Assembly (NCBI GenBank): GCA_964658305.1
Contig: OZ210885.1
Span: 14,508,001 to 14,572,000, forward strand
Reading direction: 5' to 3'
Length of the DNA stretch: 64,000 nt
From: Leptogorgia sarmentosa
Lineage: Eukaryota
Position 1 is the first letter of the stretch. Every line of letters begins with the position of its first letter. Under the pieces are notes generated by a model, which ran no database searches, was not told the DNA's origin, and worked only from the letters and a program-made list of their open reading frames with translations. Of the stretch, positions 1-12,295 are shown piece after piece. The position numbers and the translations under genes are program-made.

Positions 1-312
1 ACGCTAAATCGCCATTGATGGATTCCAGATTTCAAAATTTTCCCGGGGAGAGAATCCCCCCGGACCCCCCTAGATACCATCGCGCCTTCACCGTTTGCTT
101 CGCCCCCCCCCCCCCAAAAAGAATGCAGAAGGTCTGGCTTCGCCACTGGGGACGACATATTTCTCTTTATATCAATTTTCAAAGGAAAGCTTTTCATTTA
201 TAGTATTCTCAGATTATATAATATTATGATGACGTCACGAAATCTATGACGTCATGTAATTCGGGAAAATTCAGCCCAGCCCCCCCAAAAAAAATGTGCC
301 CGTACGCCTATG
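1..312. mobile_element. Two consecutive right termini of probable hAT-like non-autonomous elements (ends ...CTGGCTTCGCCACTG at 148 and ...CGTACGCCTATG at 312)
   Basis: C-run-rich subterminal sequence ending in the reverse complements of CAGTGGCGAAGCCAG and CATAGGCGTACG, typical hAT/MITE terminal motifs. The partner ends are outside the window, so TSDs cannot be checked. Confidence 0.45.
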
Positions 313-1420
313 AAGAAGACCCACAAATTCTTTTAGTTTGGGATTTTGACGTGGATGAAATACTGTCGAAGAATACAAGTGGAGTGGCTGCAGTTATCCC
401 AGATACGGATGACATTGGTGTTACGCCCTTGCTAAATGTTGATGCGGTAAGTTGTAATTGTTCAAATTTTCCAGCTACTGATAAAGTTTTATTACCCCCT
501 GTAGATGAAACTCCTGAGGAAGGTAATTCTCCAAAATCACCAGCAAGAAATGAAGATATTTTTGATGCCACAAGTGTAAATAACGTATGTAATGCAGATG
601 AGGATCATTGGTTCTCAGATGAATCAGAAGGTGTGATGATTGTAATTTTATTATATTGCATAATTTCGTTGTACAAGCAATGTTTAGGTTTGACTTATCA
701 ATTTTATAGTGTGTAATAATATTTATATTTATATGCAATGTGTCTACATAATGTGCATGGTACTGTGTGCTCTCTTATTTTTAGACATATATGAGTCTAT
801 GGTACTGTGTGCTCTCTTATTTTTAGACATGACTCTATGACAATAGTTTTTAGATATTACATAACATGTTTACCATGTTGTCTTACTTTTAAAGATTACT
901 TGTTAAACTTTAATGATCTAATTATATCTTTGTAGAGAGGGACATTCTTGGCTGTTTTTCCAAACTGGATAACAATGGTGATAGTGACCTGGATAATGAT
1001 GAGGATAATGATGATAGTGATGAGGATCAAGAGATAACCCATTCTGTACCATTCAAGTGCATTGGTGCTGCTCATGAAAGTAACTACCAACATCATTTGG
1101 AACAAGCATACCTTGCTCTTCAAGAAAATACGTTAGTGAAAGTTCGGTTGAGGGCGGAGCCTTTAAATCCTATGGACCCAAATGCAATTGCTGTTGACCT
1201 GGACTATGGAATTGGTTGGTCTCATGTTGGATATATTGCTTCAGAACTTTGCAAGTATCTGCACCCCGTTATGACTAGAGGAGATATTATTGATGTTGAC
1301 CTTCAGCATATCAAGTATAGAGTGGACTTTTTAAAAATAGGTTTCTACCCCAAAATCTGGATTAAAAGGCGTGGTGAGTGGGAGCCAGAGGTGGTAAGGA
1401 AAAGTAGGAGTGTGCGTTAA
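313..1420 (+). CDS. 3' part of a spliced gene with acidic linker and C-terminal HIRAN domain (exons about 313-630 and about 935-1420)
   Basis: The frame of ORF 1097-1420 extends upstream as ...HSVPFKCIGAAHESNYQHHLEQ..., then VRLRAEPLNPMDPNAIAV...HVGYI, matching the HIRAN pattern (L.REP.N..D.NAI.V...VGY). An AT-rich intron-like gap lies at about 631-934. Confidence 0.7.
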
Positions 1421-2335
1421 TGTTCTTTGTGCTTGATATTATTAATTTGTATTGTGGATAAGGTGTTGACATATCTCTGAGAAATCATGTAACTTGCATG
1501 ATTTTTATTTTAACAACTGGAAAATTCATGTCCAAATTCACCTTGGCATGTGAATTGATGTAATCTCAGAGCCATGCCTACATCTAATCAACTGACTTAA
1601 TGTCTAATGACAGATATCTTTTATGTTGTTAGTTGTCAAGCATGCAAAGTAGTCTTTATCTTTCTCAATTGACTGACTTTAGATTTTTTTCAAACAGCCT
1701 AGGATAGTCACAAAAAATTTGTGCTTTATGCTAGTTCTACTGCAGTATATTCGTAAAAGATATCTGGGCATTAGAATTTAATTTAACATTTGCATATAAT
1801 ATTTGCACAATTAGAAACTTTAAAACAATTGCATTTATTACCTGTAATATAATGTAAAATGCAATACAATTTACAATATATATAAGACAATGTAATAAAT
1901 TTATTTTATAATAAATTTATTTTATAATAAATTGAAAATTTTGGGTTTTTTGAAAGTCAATTTTTATTCATATATATAATTATATAACATACCATACCAA
2001 TTTGACACACACACACACATTCACTGTATATTGGTGTAGGTAATAAAAATAAGAATTATTCTCATGAAAAAAGCAAATTTTTAAGCATAATGGTACATAT
2101 ACATTTTTGTTGCATAAAAAGCATGGAAAATGGACAAGATTTTTTGCAAAGAAAATCATTTTTACAGACTTGTAACGAATATGTACATGGATAAAATTGG
2201 TATGTGTCACTTGAACATAATTAGGTTTTTAAATACAAAATTTCAATGTTCAATGAATATCAACAATAAATATCAACAACTATGTTACACAATTAGTCCA
2301 TACCACAATGTACAATGTTCAAGAATGTCAGAACT

Positions 2336-5300
2336 TTATGATGGTGGTGGTGGTGGTAGGCTCTCAGCAGGTTTGAAATGGGCTGTACGTACACTTAACT
2401 GACCACGTTGAGGGATCACAGCACGATTTGCAACAAAAACACCAGGGTCAGCCCTCCGAGAAATACGGACACGATCTAGGCATTCTTCCCCAGTATTTGA
2501 TGGATCATTGAAGGGTGCTATTGCACCATCGTTAAATCGGTCATTTGAGCCAGTGTAATAATAAAATGGCAGGTCAGGATCACATTTCTTGGTGTACTCG
2601 CTGATGACTTTTGGAAACACGTCATGAAAGGCCTTTTCATCAAAGATTGGTCCTAACAGTCCATGCAAGAAAGCAAAAATGCCTTCAACATCATCGGTTG
2701 ATCCAGCTCTTGGGTGTTCTGGAGGAAGTCCTTTCTCAACCCCATATCGCCGTCTGAACTCCTGTAAATAAAGAATATAGTAATTAATATTGTTCATTCA
2801 TATGAGATATATTTGTATTGTATCACTTTTCATTAAGGTCTCAACAAGTAGTATGCATTCAAAACCATACCTGACTTTCTATATTTGTTGTCAATGCAAC
2901 CACAACTTCTCGGGTAAAGCCTCGAATTCCCTGAATAGGTCTAAAGGTAATTAGGTAATTAGGTAATTGTTCTTTTTGGAAGGAAATATTTTTATATAAA
3001 GTACATAATCTCATTGTACATACCTGTTAACATCTAATGTCGAGTAGTCTCGAGCTTCTTCGTTCTTGAACCACGGCATCCAGTCTTCCAGAAGATACTC
3101 CAGCATTTCCAGGTTGTACTTCTCACGTTCGGCTTCACTCAGACCACGGCCATCACTTGCTTTGTGCCAGTTGGAAACAACCTCTACAAACCTAGCTTCA
3201 CTCAAGAAATCGTTAGCTCTTAACCACTTACCTACTGCAGGTGACAACAGTTTTTCTGCATCACCTACACTTTGCTTTCTCTTACCTGTCAAAGCAGTGT
3301 ATGTCAAACCAGCATTGGGATCATGCATAGCCTTAACAAAAGCTTGGACATCAACATCTGGAATATGCCCTTTCCTGAGACTACCAGCAATCCTCTTCAG
3401 CACATGGTTATGGTCTTCACGTTCGTGTTGTGGTTCCCCAGTACTTTCACTTACCTCAGGTACATACAAATACTCTCTAAAGTTAACACCTTGACTACAG
3501 TACACACTTACTTTCTGCTTGAAGATATACATGGCCATCAATGACTTTAGGCAATCAGACTTTGACTCAGTTTTTCCTTCAACATAATAATACACATTGG
3601 TTACCAGGTGCATATTTAAAAATGATAAAGATTCTGGATGACCATAAAGGTTTAACAGCTTACCAGCAATCCAAGGGTGAGGATTATAAAAAAATGGAAA
3701 GTGCTTTCTACGGAGTATTGACAGTCCATGAACAAACGGTATTTTAGTTTCACCATTCATGAATTCTGCTAGCCAGAGGACATCTTCTAATGGAATTGCA
3801 TCATGTTCCTTGACAGGCTGAATTACTCCATCTAAATTTTGTAAGAAAATATGTACAACTATTGTAGGTAATGGGAGTCTGATTAAGATGATAAATGGTG
3901 AATTCAAGTGTAGTGGCAAAGCATTGTTTAAGATTATTAGATAATTAATATCAATATTAATAGATATACATTACCTTTATTCACAGTCTTGAAGAATTTT
4001 TCAATCTCCTTTGATCGCATAGCTCGTGCTTCGTTCTTTGCATCCATTATAAGCTGAATCACTGAAATGGGTCTTTTTAAACCTTGCGTTCGCAACGAGT
4101 TGAACTCACCATCAGTAACAAAACCTATGAATTACATTATATATACATAGATTATAAGTTAGTAGACATAAACAAAACGGATTATACAAATTGAACATAC
4201 CTACAGTCACCATGCCCATCTCTTCCATTGCACTTTTCAACTCATCTTTCAAATCGCGAGCATTCTTGTCTGTTAAGCTGGTGTACTTCAGGACACGAAC
4301 AGGAATAGCATATGGTTTAAAATTTCTTAATTCATCACTTACCATAAATATAAGGATGTGAGAAGCTGCTACTCTTGTCTTTGTTGTAATACCTTAAAGA
4401 ACAAAATCATGGGTTTTAAACAAACAGCACTCTAATGTATAGTATGATATGGTTGCTATGTATATGTTGAAACAATATTATTGAACATAAGTCAAAAGGA
4501 CTGCATTTTGAGTATGATAATATGCCATTAATTAAGTATTATACCTTTAACATACTCCAGCAATTCTTTACGCAGATTAGCAAGAATCAAACCAATGTTG
4601 ATGGACTGGGTCTTTCCACTGTCAATGATATTCATGACGTTCTTCATTGTCTGTGTCAGGGCTACGTTCTTCTCCAATAACCGCTTGTACTCTTCAGCTT
4701 CCCAAGCACTGGCAAACAATGACTTCTCCGGAGCATTAGCAAGTCTTTGAAGATTCTGGTATTCCTTCTGGGCATCTGCCTGACCATTTACTAGAAATTC
4801 CTTTTCCGTTATCATAGTTGAGGTTTGCTTGTGAAGATCTTCTTTGATGTTGTTAAGAGATGACCTATCCTTCAGACCTATGCTACAGACAAATTTGAGA
4901 TACTTTGCATACCGTGAATATTTATCTTGCAACTTACCATCTCCCAAATCTACATCACCTGACCATTCATTTCTCATGGATTCCCTGAGTCCCTGCTGGA
5001 TATCAGTACCATCGGCCTTTAACCACCACCTTCCATCAGGATGTGATTCACGAAGGAATTCCAAAGCAGATGTCTACCGTATATAGAAATAATCAAATTA
5101 ATCGACATATTATTTCCTACTTGCAATATATGAATATGCAAAATTATTGCATAATACAGTTTCACATTTAAAGTAGTACTGGCACTGGATATATACTGTA
5201 TGTAAAGCATGTACACCTGAATTTCAGTTCCTTTGGTAAATTCACTGTCCTGGTTCATTCTTCGGACTGTGCGAGAAGATGGACCGGCAATATTGATTTT

Positions 5301-6807
5301 GGCCTTGAGGAATGAGAAATAATAGGGAGAAGTATGTTGACAAGTCATAATTTTGTAACTAAACATAACTTTTGTAACTATAGAGGCTTCAATTGATAAA
5401 CCCTACTTTTAGTGGGTCTCCTTTAATTGTCCTACCTGATTGTACAACATCACTGGTATCCTTGACATTCTCCAACATTGGCAAAGAGTTTGCAGGACCC
5501 ACCAAGGGCATTTCATCCCCAAATGTCTCTTGCAGTGCTTGGCTTAAAATATCTAAACTAAAAGATGACTCATTAGCACCAGTTGTAATAGATGTATTCT
5601 TACTCACCTCATAAGACCACATAGGACCTAAGTGCATTGACGCCCACTTGTTACCAAACAGCGTGTACATAGATTGACACCATGATTTGTAGTCATCTGG
5701 AGCTTGTAGATTGGCAACATTATCAGAGGCAAAAAACTTTAGATTGTGTGCAACTAGACCGAAAGGCATTCTGTCCAATGGCATTCGTGGACCAGTATCT
5801 TCTTGTCTTTGTTCTCCAAAGCAACGGGCAGCATGATAAATGAGGTTGTCTTTACCATTAGCGTGAAGTACAGCCATAGCCTTTGCAACAAGTCCTAAAA
5901 AATTGGAAGGCAGAAATTTACTGTCAAAATTCATTCCTTGATTCATATCACTTACCATCCATTGTTTAAATAAGTGTTGAAGTAGTTGTTCACGCTGTCG
6001 AAAAGTTAAATTGGTAAAGCCAGATGAAATCACATCAAGAATACACCCAGGAAGTTTGGTAACATCTGTATGACGTAACGGAGAAAATCCAAGCATTGGG
6101 GATCTTGAAGAGGTAGCTGCACCAGACATAACAGGAGTGGATGGAACAGTTTGGCCAATACATTGCAACTCCTTTTCACCAAAATAGCAAATGCCATAAG
6201 CTTCTTCAGCAGCAGCAACTGTTGGGTATTTTTGTTTAAGAAACTGCATCACTCTGCTTCTGCATGCAATACCTGTATAAAAAATAGTGAGCTTTACATG
6301 AGCTTTACATATCAAGATGAAAAAAAATCCGAAGTTTAATGAATGATTAAATGTCAATACTTGCCAACTGTGAAAATTAATTATGTATTTTATGTAATTT
6401 ACCAGTTCGCTTCTTGTCACCATTATAACAGTTTACCGCATCAGCGCATTTCCCCCAGAATTCCTCATTCTTAAAAGTTGGCCATGTACCAGAAGGATCT
6501 TCATCTGATGAATGGTAAAGGGCTACATACTCAACCAATGCTGCTGTTTCCTCATCACACCATGCATGAACATTTACCAGCTGTCGATTATATAGGCATA
6601 TTTAATACAAATTAAACTGTGGTAATGCATGATGGCATTGCTTACCTTTTGATCCTTTTCTAGTGCAACATCATTCTCATTAGACTCTGCACTCGAAAAC
6701 AATGATCTTTTTGAAAATTTCCCAGAAGCAGATCTTCGTTTTGGTTGTTTTTTCCCAGGTGTATGACCAGTTGGAGGATCATGTACCCTTTTGGGAGCTT
6801 CAGCCAT
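2336..6807 (-). CDS. Multi-exon P-element-like DDE transposase with N-terminal Myb/SANT-like domain
   Basis: GT-AG exons traced in phase at 6807-6646, 6580-6403, 6272-5407, 5303-5217, about 5073-4545 and onward to 2336. Motifs WWLKADGTD, ASHILIFMVS..KPYAIPV, GFVTDGEFN, DHNHVLKRI, KQSVGDAEKLLS and STDDVEGIF follow the order of P/THAP9-type transposase motifs. The segment WCDEETAALV...FWGKCADAV...KRTGIACRSR looks Myb/SANT-like. Confidence 0.6.
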
Positions 6808-7865
6808 CTTAAACTATAAGATAAACGACAATAATTTAGTTCTATACAAATATGGGTTGGGCCCTCTTACCTTGAAGCCACCTCGTGCGTCACCATATAA
6901 CAAACAAACAACAGCGTGAGTCACAACCCAAAATAGAAATCTATATAAAATACAGAAAATCCTCTGTTGTATTTCAAATCTGCCTGTAAAACAAAATTTA
7001 ACATATCGTGTAACAGTTAAATTTAGAATAAAGCTACTCAACTCAACAAATTAATGAACAAGATAATTTTTATAGTACCATGTCGTTCATAGTATTAGCG
7101 CACAATGCGAAACAGGTCATTTCGATTCAAAGTGAAATTTCTATATCGCGCAGCTGGGACTTTTGGGGTCTGAAACCATAGGTTTTTAGTTCACATATTT
7201 GTCTTCATATATACAAAAAATCAAAAAAATCTAACCACAGGAATTCCAGATTTTGCAGTTTAAAAATTGTAAACAGAAATAAAATTAGGCAGTCGTCTTG
7301 AAATGACCCTCCAAGCTTTGACTATAAAAATAAAGCAGTAATTAACGCTTACCTCACTCAATATTTCAGATATTGGAACTTTAACTCTTTTTCTTATTGA
7401 ATCCTGGCAAATCCAGCATTAAATTTGAAGAAAAATACTCAAAATTTGAATAGATTTGTGCGCTATGCAAATTTTTATGTCAAAAATCCTCACAAAAGCA
7501 ATGTGAAAATGACACGATTTGATTGGTCGAAAAATTCACGTGACAGCTGTCCAACCTCCTCTGATTCTACACTTTATTTCCAAAATTTAACTAATTCTAT
7601 TTCCTTGTACTGCACGTCACAAGGAAATCACATGAGATTGCGTAGCAAGCACCCAGCATTCATTCAGTGCGTGCTTAACCTAGCCTTTAGCGTGGTCACA
7701 GACAATTCTGTGCCCTTCAAAACTATAAATATTCATTGGAAAAATCGCTTTGTAAAGGCTGCCAACAATTTGGCGCCTTTCATAACAGGTGGGGGCGACA
7801 ATTCGACCGCTTGTTTGCTAATTTTGGACATCATTTGACGAACACCGAGGGCTTTTGTGGTGAAC

Positions 7866-8951
7866 ATGAGCGCCTCGGATGATGAGTCGCGATTGCTGGC
7901 CGACGAAGGCCCAGAGAACGCTCATCCCGAAGACCTCCCGGTGGCTTTAGTTAAAACGGTACAGTCCAGCATTGAGGGACAATTCTCTAAGCTGGCGACA
8001 AGCCTGGAAGAAGGCTTTCTAAAGCTTGGGACAATACTAAACAATGGGATGAAGACTTCCCGCCAAAACCCGATTTCGTCGAGTGGCTCTGATTCCGGGT
8101 CCGATTCAGACACGGAAGACAAACAGCCATCGGTCAAACGCAAAAAACAGCAGCTGTCTGATGATGACGTGACTAACGAAGTCAATGCACTCCTCAGTAC
8201 TGGTGCTTCGAAAAAACAAACTGCTCAGCCTGCCGACAATGTGTCACAATCGACAGTTTTGGCAATGGTGGCTGATGAGTTGAACGAGGAGAACTGTGGC
8301 CCAGAGGTAGCGGAAAACCTCGCCAAGGTTGTGGATAAACTTCTTCGCACAAGGTTGGCGGATGAAAAACTAAAGGAGAAGCAAAGCTTGTACTCCCGGC
8401 CAAAAAATTGTGAGGCGATGGTTCCCACCCGAGTCAACTCCGAAATTTGGCAGCAGCTGCAACCCCATACTCGTTCACAAGATATACGCATGCAAAAAGT
8501 GCAGAATTCTCTACTGAAAGGGCTAATGCCATTAACTCAGTTGACCAATACTCTCCTTCAGCTGCCAGATGTGGTATCAGCTGAAAACCGAGAATCAATT
8601 GTGAAAAAGGCACTGGATGCCCTCACCCTGATTGCACAGGCAAATGGAGAGTTGAACCAGAGACGACGAGAAATAATTAAGCCTGACCTCAACCATCAGT
8701 ATCAGCAACTCTGCAATGATCAGGTGCCTATAACCAGTTGGCTGTTTGGCGATGAATTAGCAAAGACTTGTCAAGACATAACCAACACCAACCGCGTAAG
8801 CCAAAGAGTCTCTGGGCTTGGGTCACACAGGCCCCATCGTCAGCAGAAATATCGCAGACATTACCGCCACCCAAAAAACGAGCAGGGGAAGTCTCGGCCC
8901 CAGAGCAACTTACCACGGAAACAGGGGGGCAACAGAAAGCTGCAACAGTAA
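7866..8951 (+). CDS. DIRS gag-like ORF1
   Basis: Open frame of about 360 aa with YSRPKNCE..VPTRVNSEIW and LNQRRREIIKP...LFG motifs, first ORF inside the DIRS ITRs. Confidence 0.85.
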   Translation: MSASDDESRLLADEGPENAHPEDLPVALVKTVQSSIEGQFSKLATSLEEGFLKLGTILNNGMKTSRQNPISSSGSDSGSDSDTEDKQPSVKRKKQQLSDDDVTNEVNALLSTGASKKQTAQPADNVSQSTVLAMVADELNEENCGPEVAENLAKVVDKLLRTRLADEKLKEKQSLYSRPKNCEAMVPTRVNSEIWQQLQPHTRSQDIRMQKVQNSLLKGLMPLTQLTNTLLQLPDVVSAENRESIVKKALDALTLIAQANGELNQRRREIIKPDLNHQYQQLCNDQVPITSWLFGDELAKTCQDITNTNRVSQRVSGLGSHRPHRQQKYRRHYRHPKNEQGKSRPQSNLPRKQGGNRKLQQ

Positions 8952-11032
8952 TTGAACAACCTCAAAATAAGGTTAGTGCTTTACACTTGATAACGAAATC
9001 TGACAACAAATGCTTTCAGGCTGGTCAGATAAAACATTTCAAAGCTGCTTGGGAAAAGCTAACCTCTGACCCATGGATATTTGATGCAATTCAGGGGGTA
9101 ACTATTGAGTTCACTGAATTACCCTACCAACACTATATCCCAAGGGAACCAGTCTTGGGACATACTGAAGCTCAAGCAGTGGATAATGAAGTTCAAAAAC
9201 TTTTGGACAAGGGGGTAATTTTAGCTTCCCAGCAGGAGGAGGGGCAGTTTGTTTCCAACATTTTTCTGAGACCCAAACCCAATGGGACTTACCGACTTAT
9301 ACTCAATTTGAAACGTCTCAATGAATTTGTTGTGTATCATCATTTTAAGATGGACTCAGTACACACAGCAGTCCATCTCATGAAGCAGAACTGTTTCATG
9401 GCATCAATTGACCTCCAAGATGCATATTATTCGGTCCCAGTCTCGGAGGCTTATCAAAAGTACTTAAAGTTTGCTTGGAAGGGCAATTTATACCAATTCA
9501 CTTGCCTGCCTAATGGTTTGGCATCCGCCCCACGCATTTTCACAAAATTATTGAAGCCAGTGTATGCTTCTCTTCGCAGTTTGGGGCATATAGTGTTTGG
9601 GTACATTGATGACTCTTACCTCCAGGGTGATGATGTTCAAAGCTGCAAAGAAAATGTGTCAGCTACCCTTTCCACATTTACAAACCTGGGGTTTTTGCCA
9701 CACGCAGAAAAGTCAGTGGTTGAACCAACTCAACAATTGACCCTGTTAGGGTTCACTTTGAACTCATTAACCATGACCATCTCACTGACACCGTTACGGG
9801 CACAAAAGCTTGTAAGTGCATGCTCTATGCTGTTACAAAGGGAAAACCCATCTATTCGTACAGTAGCCCAAGTGATTGGGCTAATGGTTGCTAGTTTTCC
9901 AGCGATTCCCCATGCCCAGCTGTTTTATCGAGCTTTGGAAAGGGATAAAACAAAAGCTGAGCGACAGAAAAAGGGGGATTTTGAGGCAACAATGTCATAT
10001 TCACCAGATGCTAAAGCGGACCTACACTGGTGGGTGAGCAATGCTCCTACAGCAGCAAAGCATGTGTTAATGCCTTCTCCCAATTTAACAATTCAGTCGG
10101 ATGCCTCAATGCTTGGTTGGGGAGCACACTGCAATACTAAGCATGCTGGAGGTCAATGGTCTATTGCAGAGGCAACCTACCATATAAATTACCTGGAAAC
10201 CACAGCTGCCTTTTTTGCCCTTCAGGCCTTCTGCAAACAAATGTCTAACATACATGTTAGACTTGAACTTGACAACACAACAGCTGTCAGCTATATCAAT
10301 AACATGGGGGGAAATAAGTCCAATGACTGTAACAAGGCAGTGCGCCAGTTGTGGCTGTGGTGTATTGAACATACCATTTGGGTGTCAGCTGTGCACATAC
10401 CAGGCATTGAAAACACGGAGGCTGACAGACATTCCAGAGTTTTTGATGAGCACACAGAATGGGCTCTGAATGATAGCATATTTAGCCAAATCTGTGAAAA
10501 ATTTTTTACACCAGCCATAGATCTTTTCGCATCCCGTTTAAACCATAAAGTTGCTCGCTATGTGTCGTGGCACCCGGATCCAGGTGCCTCAGCAGTTGAT
10601 GCATTCACCCAAAACTGGGCTAATCAACTATTTTATGCTTTTCCTCCTTTCAGCTTGATAACACGCATGTTACAGAAAGTCAGGGAGGACCAGGCAGAGG
10701 GCATTGTTATAGTACCACTATGGTCAACACAGGCCTGGTATCCTGTGCTCATGACCATGCTAGTGAGAAAACCTTGTCTGTTGCCGAAAGGCCCTCAGTT
10801 ACTCTACCTGAACCACCAGCCAACGAAGCGGCATTCGTTGCACAAGAAACTACAGCTCCTGGCCTGTCACTTGTCTGGCAATCCCTCAAAATCCAAGGAG
10901 TTTCAGACAAAGCTGCCCGCATTATCACAAACTCATGGCGAATGGGAACAAAACGACAGTATCAAACTTGCCTTAAGAAATGGGAAGAGTTCTGTTGTAA
11001 ACAAGAAACTGATCCGGTTCGACCAACTCTAA
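8768..11032 (+). CDS. DIRS pol: reverse transcriptase, RNase H and DNA adenine methyltransferase-like domain
   Basis: RT motifs IDLQDAY, LPNGLASAP, YIDD. RNase H motifs SDAS, INYLE, LDN, EADRHSR. C-terminal IDLFASRLN...YAFPPF is the DIRS methyltransferase-like domain. Confidence 0.92.
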   Translation: MSRHNQHQPRKPKSLWAWVTQAPSSAEISQTLPPPKKRAGEVSAPEQLTTETGGQQKAATVIEQPQNKVSALHLITKSDNKCFQAGQIKHFKAAWEKLTSDPWIFDAIQGVTIEFTELPYQHYIPREPVLGHTEAQAVDNEVQKLLDKGVILASQQEEGQFVSNIFLRPKPNGTYRLILNLKRLNEFVVYHHFKMDSVHTAVHLMKQNCFMASIDLQDAYYSVPVSEAYQKYLKFAWKGNLYQFTCLPNGLASAPRIFTKLLKPVYASLRSLGHIVFGYIDDSYLQGDDVQSCKENVSATLSTFTNLGFLPHAEKSVVEPTQQLTLLGFTLNSLTMTISLTPLRAQKLVSACSMLLQRENPSIRTVAQVIGLMVASFPAIPHAQLFYRALERDKTKAERQKKGDFEATMSYSPDAKADLHWWVSNAPTAAKHVLMPSPNLTIQSDASMLGWGAHCNTKHAGGQWSIAEATYHINYLETTAAFFALQAFCKQMSNIHVRLELDNTTAVSYINNMGGNKSNDCNKAVRQLWLWCIEHTIWVSAVHIPGIENTEADRHSRVFDEHTEWALNDSIFSQICEKFFTPAIDLFASRLNHKVARYVSWHPDPGASAVDAFTQNWANQLFYAFPPFSLITRMLQKVREDQAEGIVIVPLWSTQAWYPVLMTMLVRKPCLLPKGPQLLYLNHQPTKRHSLHKKLQLLACHLSGNPSKSKEFQTKLPALSQTHGEWEQNDSIKLALRNGKSSVVNKKLIRFDQL

Positions 11033-11831
11033 CAGCAATATTGGATTTTCTGACTGAACTTTATGAGCAAGGACAACAATATAGCTCATTGAACACTGCC
11101 CGATCTGCGTTGTCTTCTGTAATTGTGCTCTCTGGGGATGTGCCAGCTGGGAAACACCCTTTAGTATGCCGTTTCCTTAAGGGTGTGTTTCAAGAACGCC
11201 CTGCTCTACCGCGATACGTGGATACGTGGGACGTCAGTTTGGTGTTGAATTACCTTAAAGCTCAATATCCCCTACAAGAACTTGGACTCAAGGAACTGAC
11301 ACTAAAACTGGCCATGTTAATGGCTCTTCTATCTGGCCAACGTTCACAAACATTACAGCAGTTGTGCACTACAGATATCATTATGACGGATACGGGTTGT
11401 ACGATTCACATCGCAGCTCCCCTTAAACACACACGGCCAGGAACTCATCAGGCACCTATCCGATTGCCAAAATATAATGACAGCAGTCTGTGTGTGGTCG
11501 ATACATTACGTTGTTATTTGGAACGAACATTGGAAAAAAGGGTTTCTGAAACTCAACTATTTATAAGTTTTTGCAAACCACATAAGAGGGTAGCTTCAGA
11601 TACTGTTAGTCGCTGGATAAAGCTGCAGGCATTGACACTACACGTTACAAACCACACAGCACCAGGTCGGCCTCCACCTCCGCGGCAGCAAGAGTTGGAG
11701 TTACGATTGATAATATACTATCATGCGCTGGTTGGTCTAATTGTGAAACATTCGCTCGATTTTACAACAAACCGTTATCGGAATATCCGGAACATGCGTT
11801 CGCCAGGTCTATATTAGCGGCCGCAACTTAG
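10720..11831 (+). pseudogene. DIRS tyrosine recombinase with one frameshift near 11620
   Basis: SGQRSQTL (first Arg) and LKHTRPG in the listed frame. After about 11620 another frame reads AAGIDTTRYKPHSTRSAS...AGW...FARFYNKP, giving the H-x-x-R motif and catalytic Tyr. Confidence 0.88.
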
Positions 11832-12295
11832 CTACAGTTAAACCGTAAAAATCTGACAATGGGGATTGTGTTGTTATATACCTATTCGTGTTATAAAGTT
11901 CCGTTACATTTTGATGGTGGATACTTACAATAAAACTTATTTTCTGTTATATTGTCCAAACTCTGCGCTTTAAAATCTCATGTGATTTCCTTGTGACGTG
12001 CAGTACAAGGAAATAGAATTCAAAAATTAAACGAGACATACCTGTATGTTGAAGTTTGATGTGAATTCTATGACTTGTAATGCAGGAACAAGGGGATCAC
12101 ATCCCGCCACAAACGATATAAGTGGTTTGGATTTCCCTCCCTGGACAACGGGCATCGTTTGTCCAATATGCTTTTAAGACTGAATGCTGGGTGCTTGCTA
12201 CGCAATCTCATGTGATCCCCTTGTTCCTGCATTACAAGTCATAGAATTCACATCAAACTTCAACATACAGGTATGTCTCGTTTAATTTTTGAATT

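Larger units (their letters stand above)
7593..12295 (+). mobile_element. DIRS1-type tyrosine-recombinase retrotransposon, near complete
   Basis: Left ITR (7631-7662) is inverted at 12181-12212. The internal complementary region 11974-12102 is the reverse complement of the left end (7593-7639) joined to the reverse complement of the right end (about 12210-12295). Overlapping gag, pol and YR ORFs lie inside. Confidence 0.95.

Noticed and set aside
757..830. 32-bp tandem duplication in an intron
   Set aside because: Ordinary local slippage with no sign of function.
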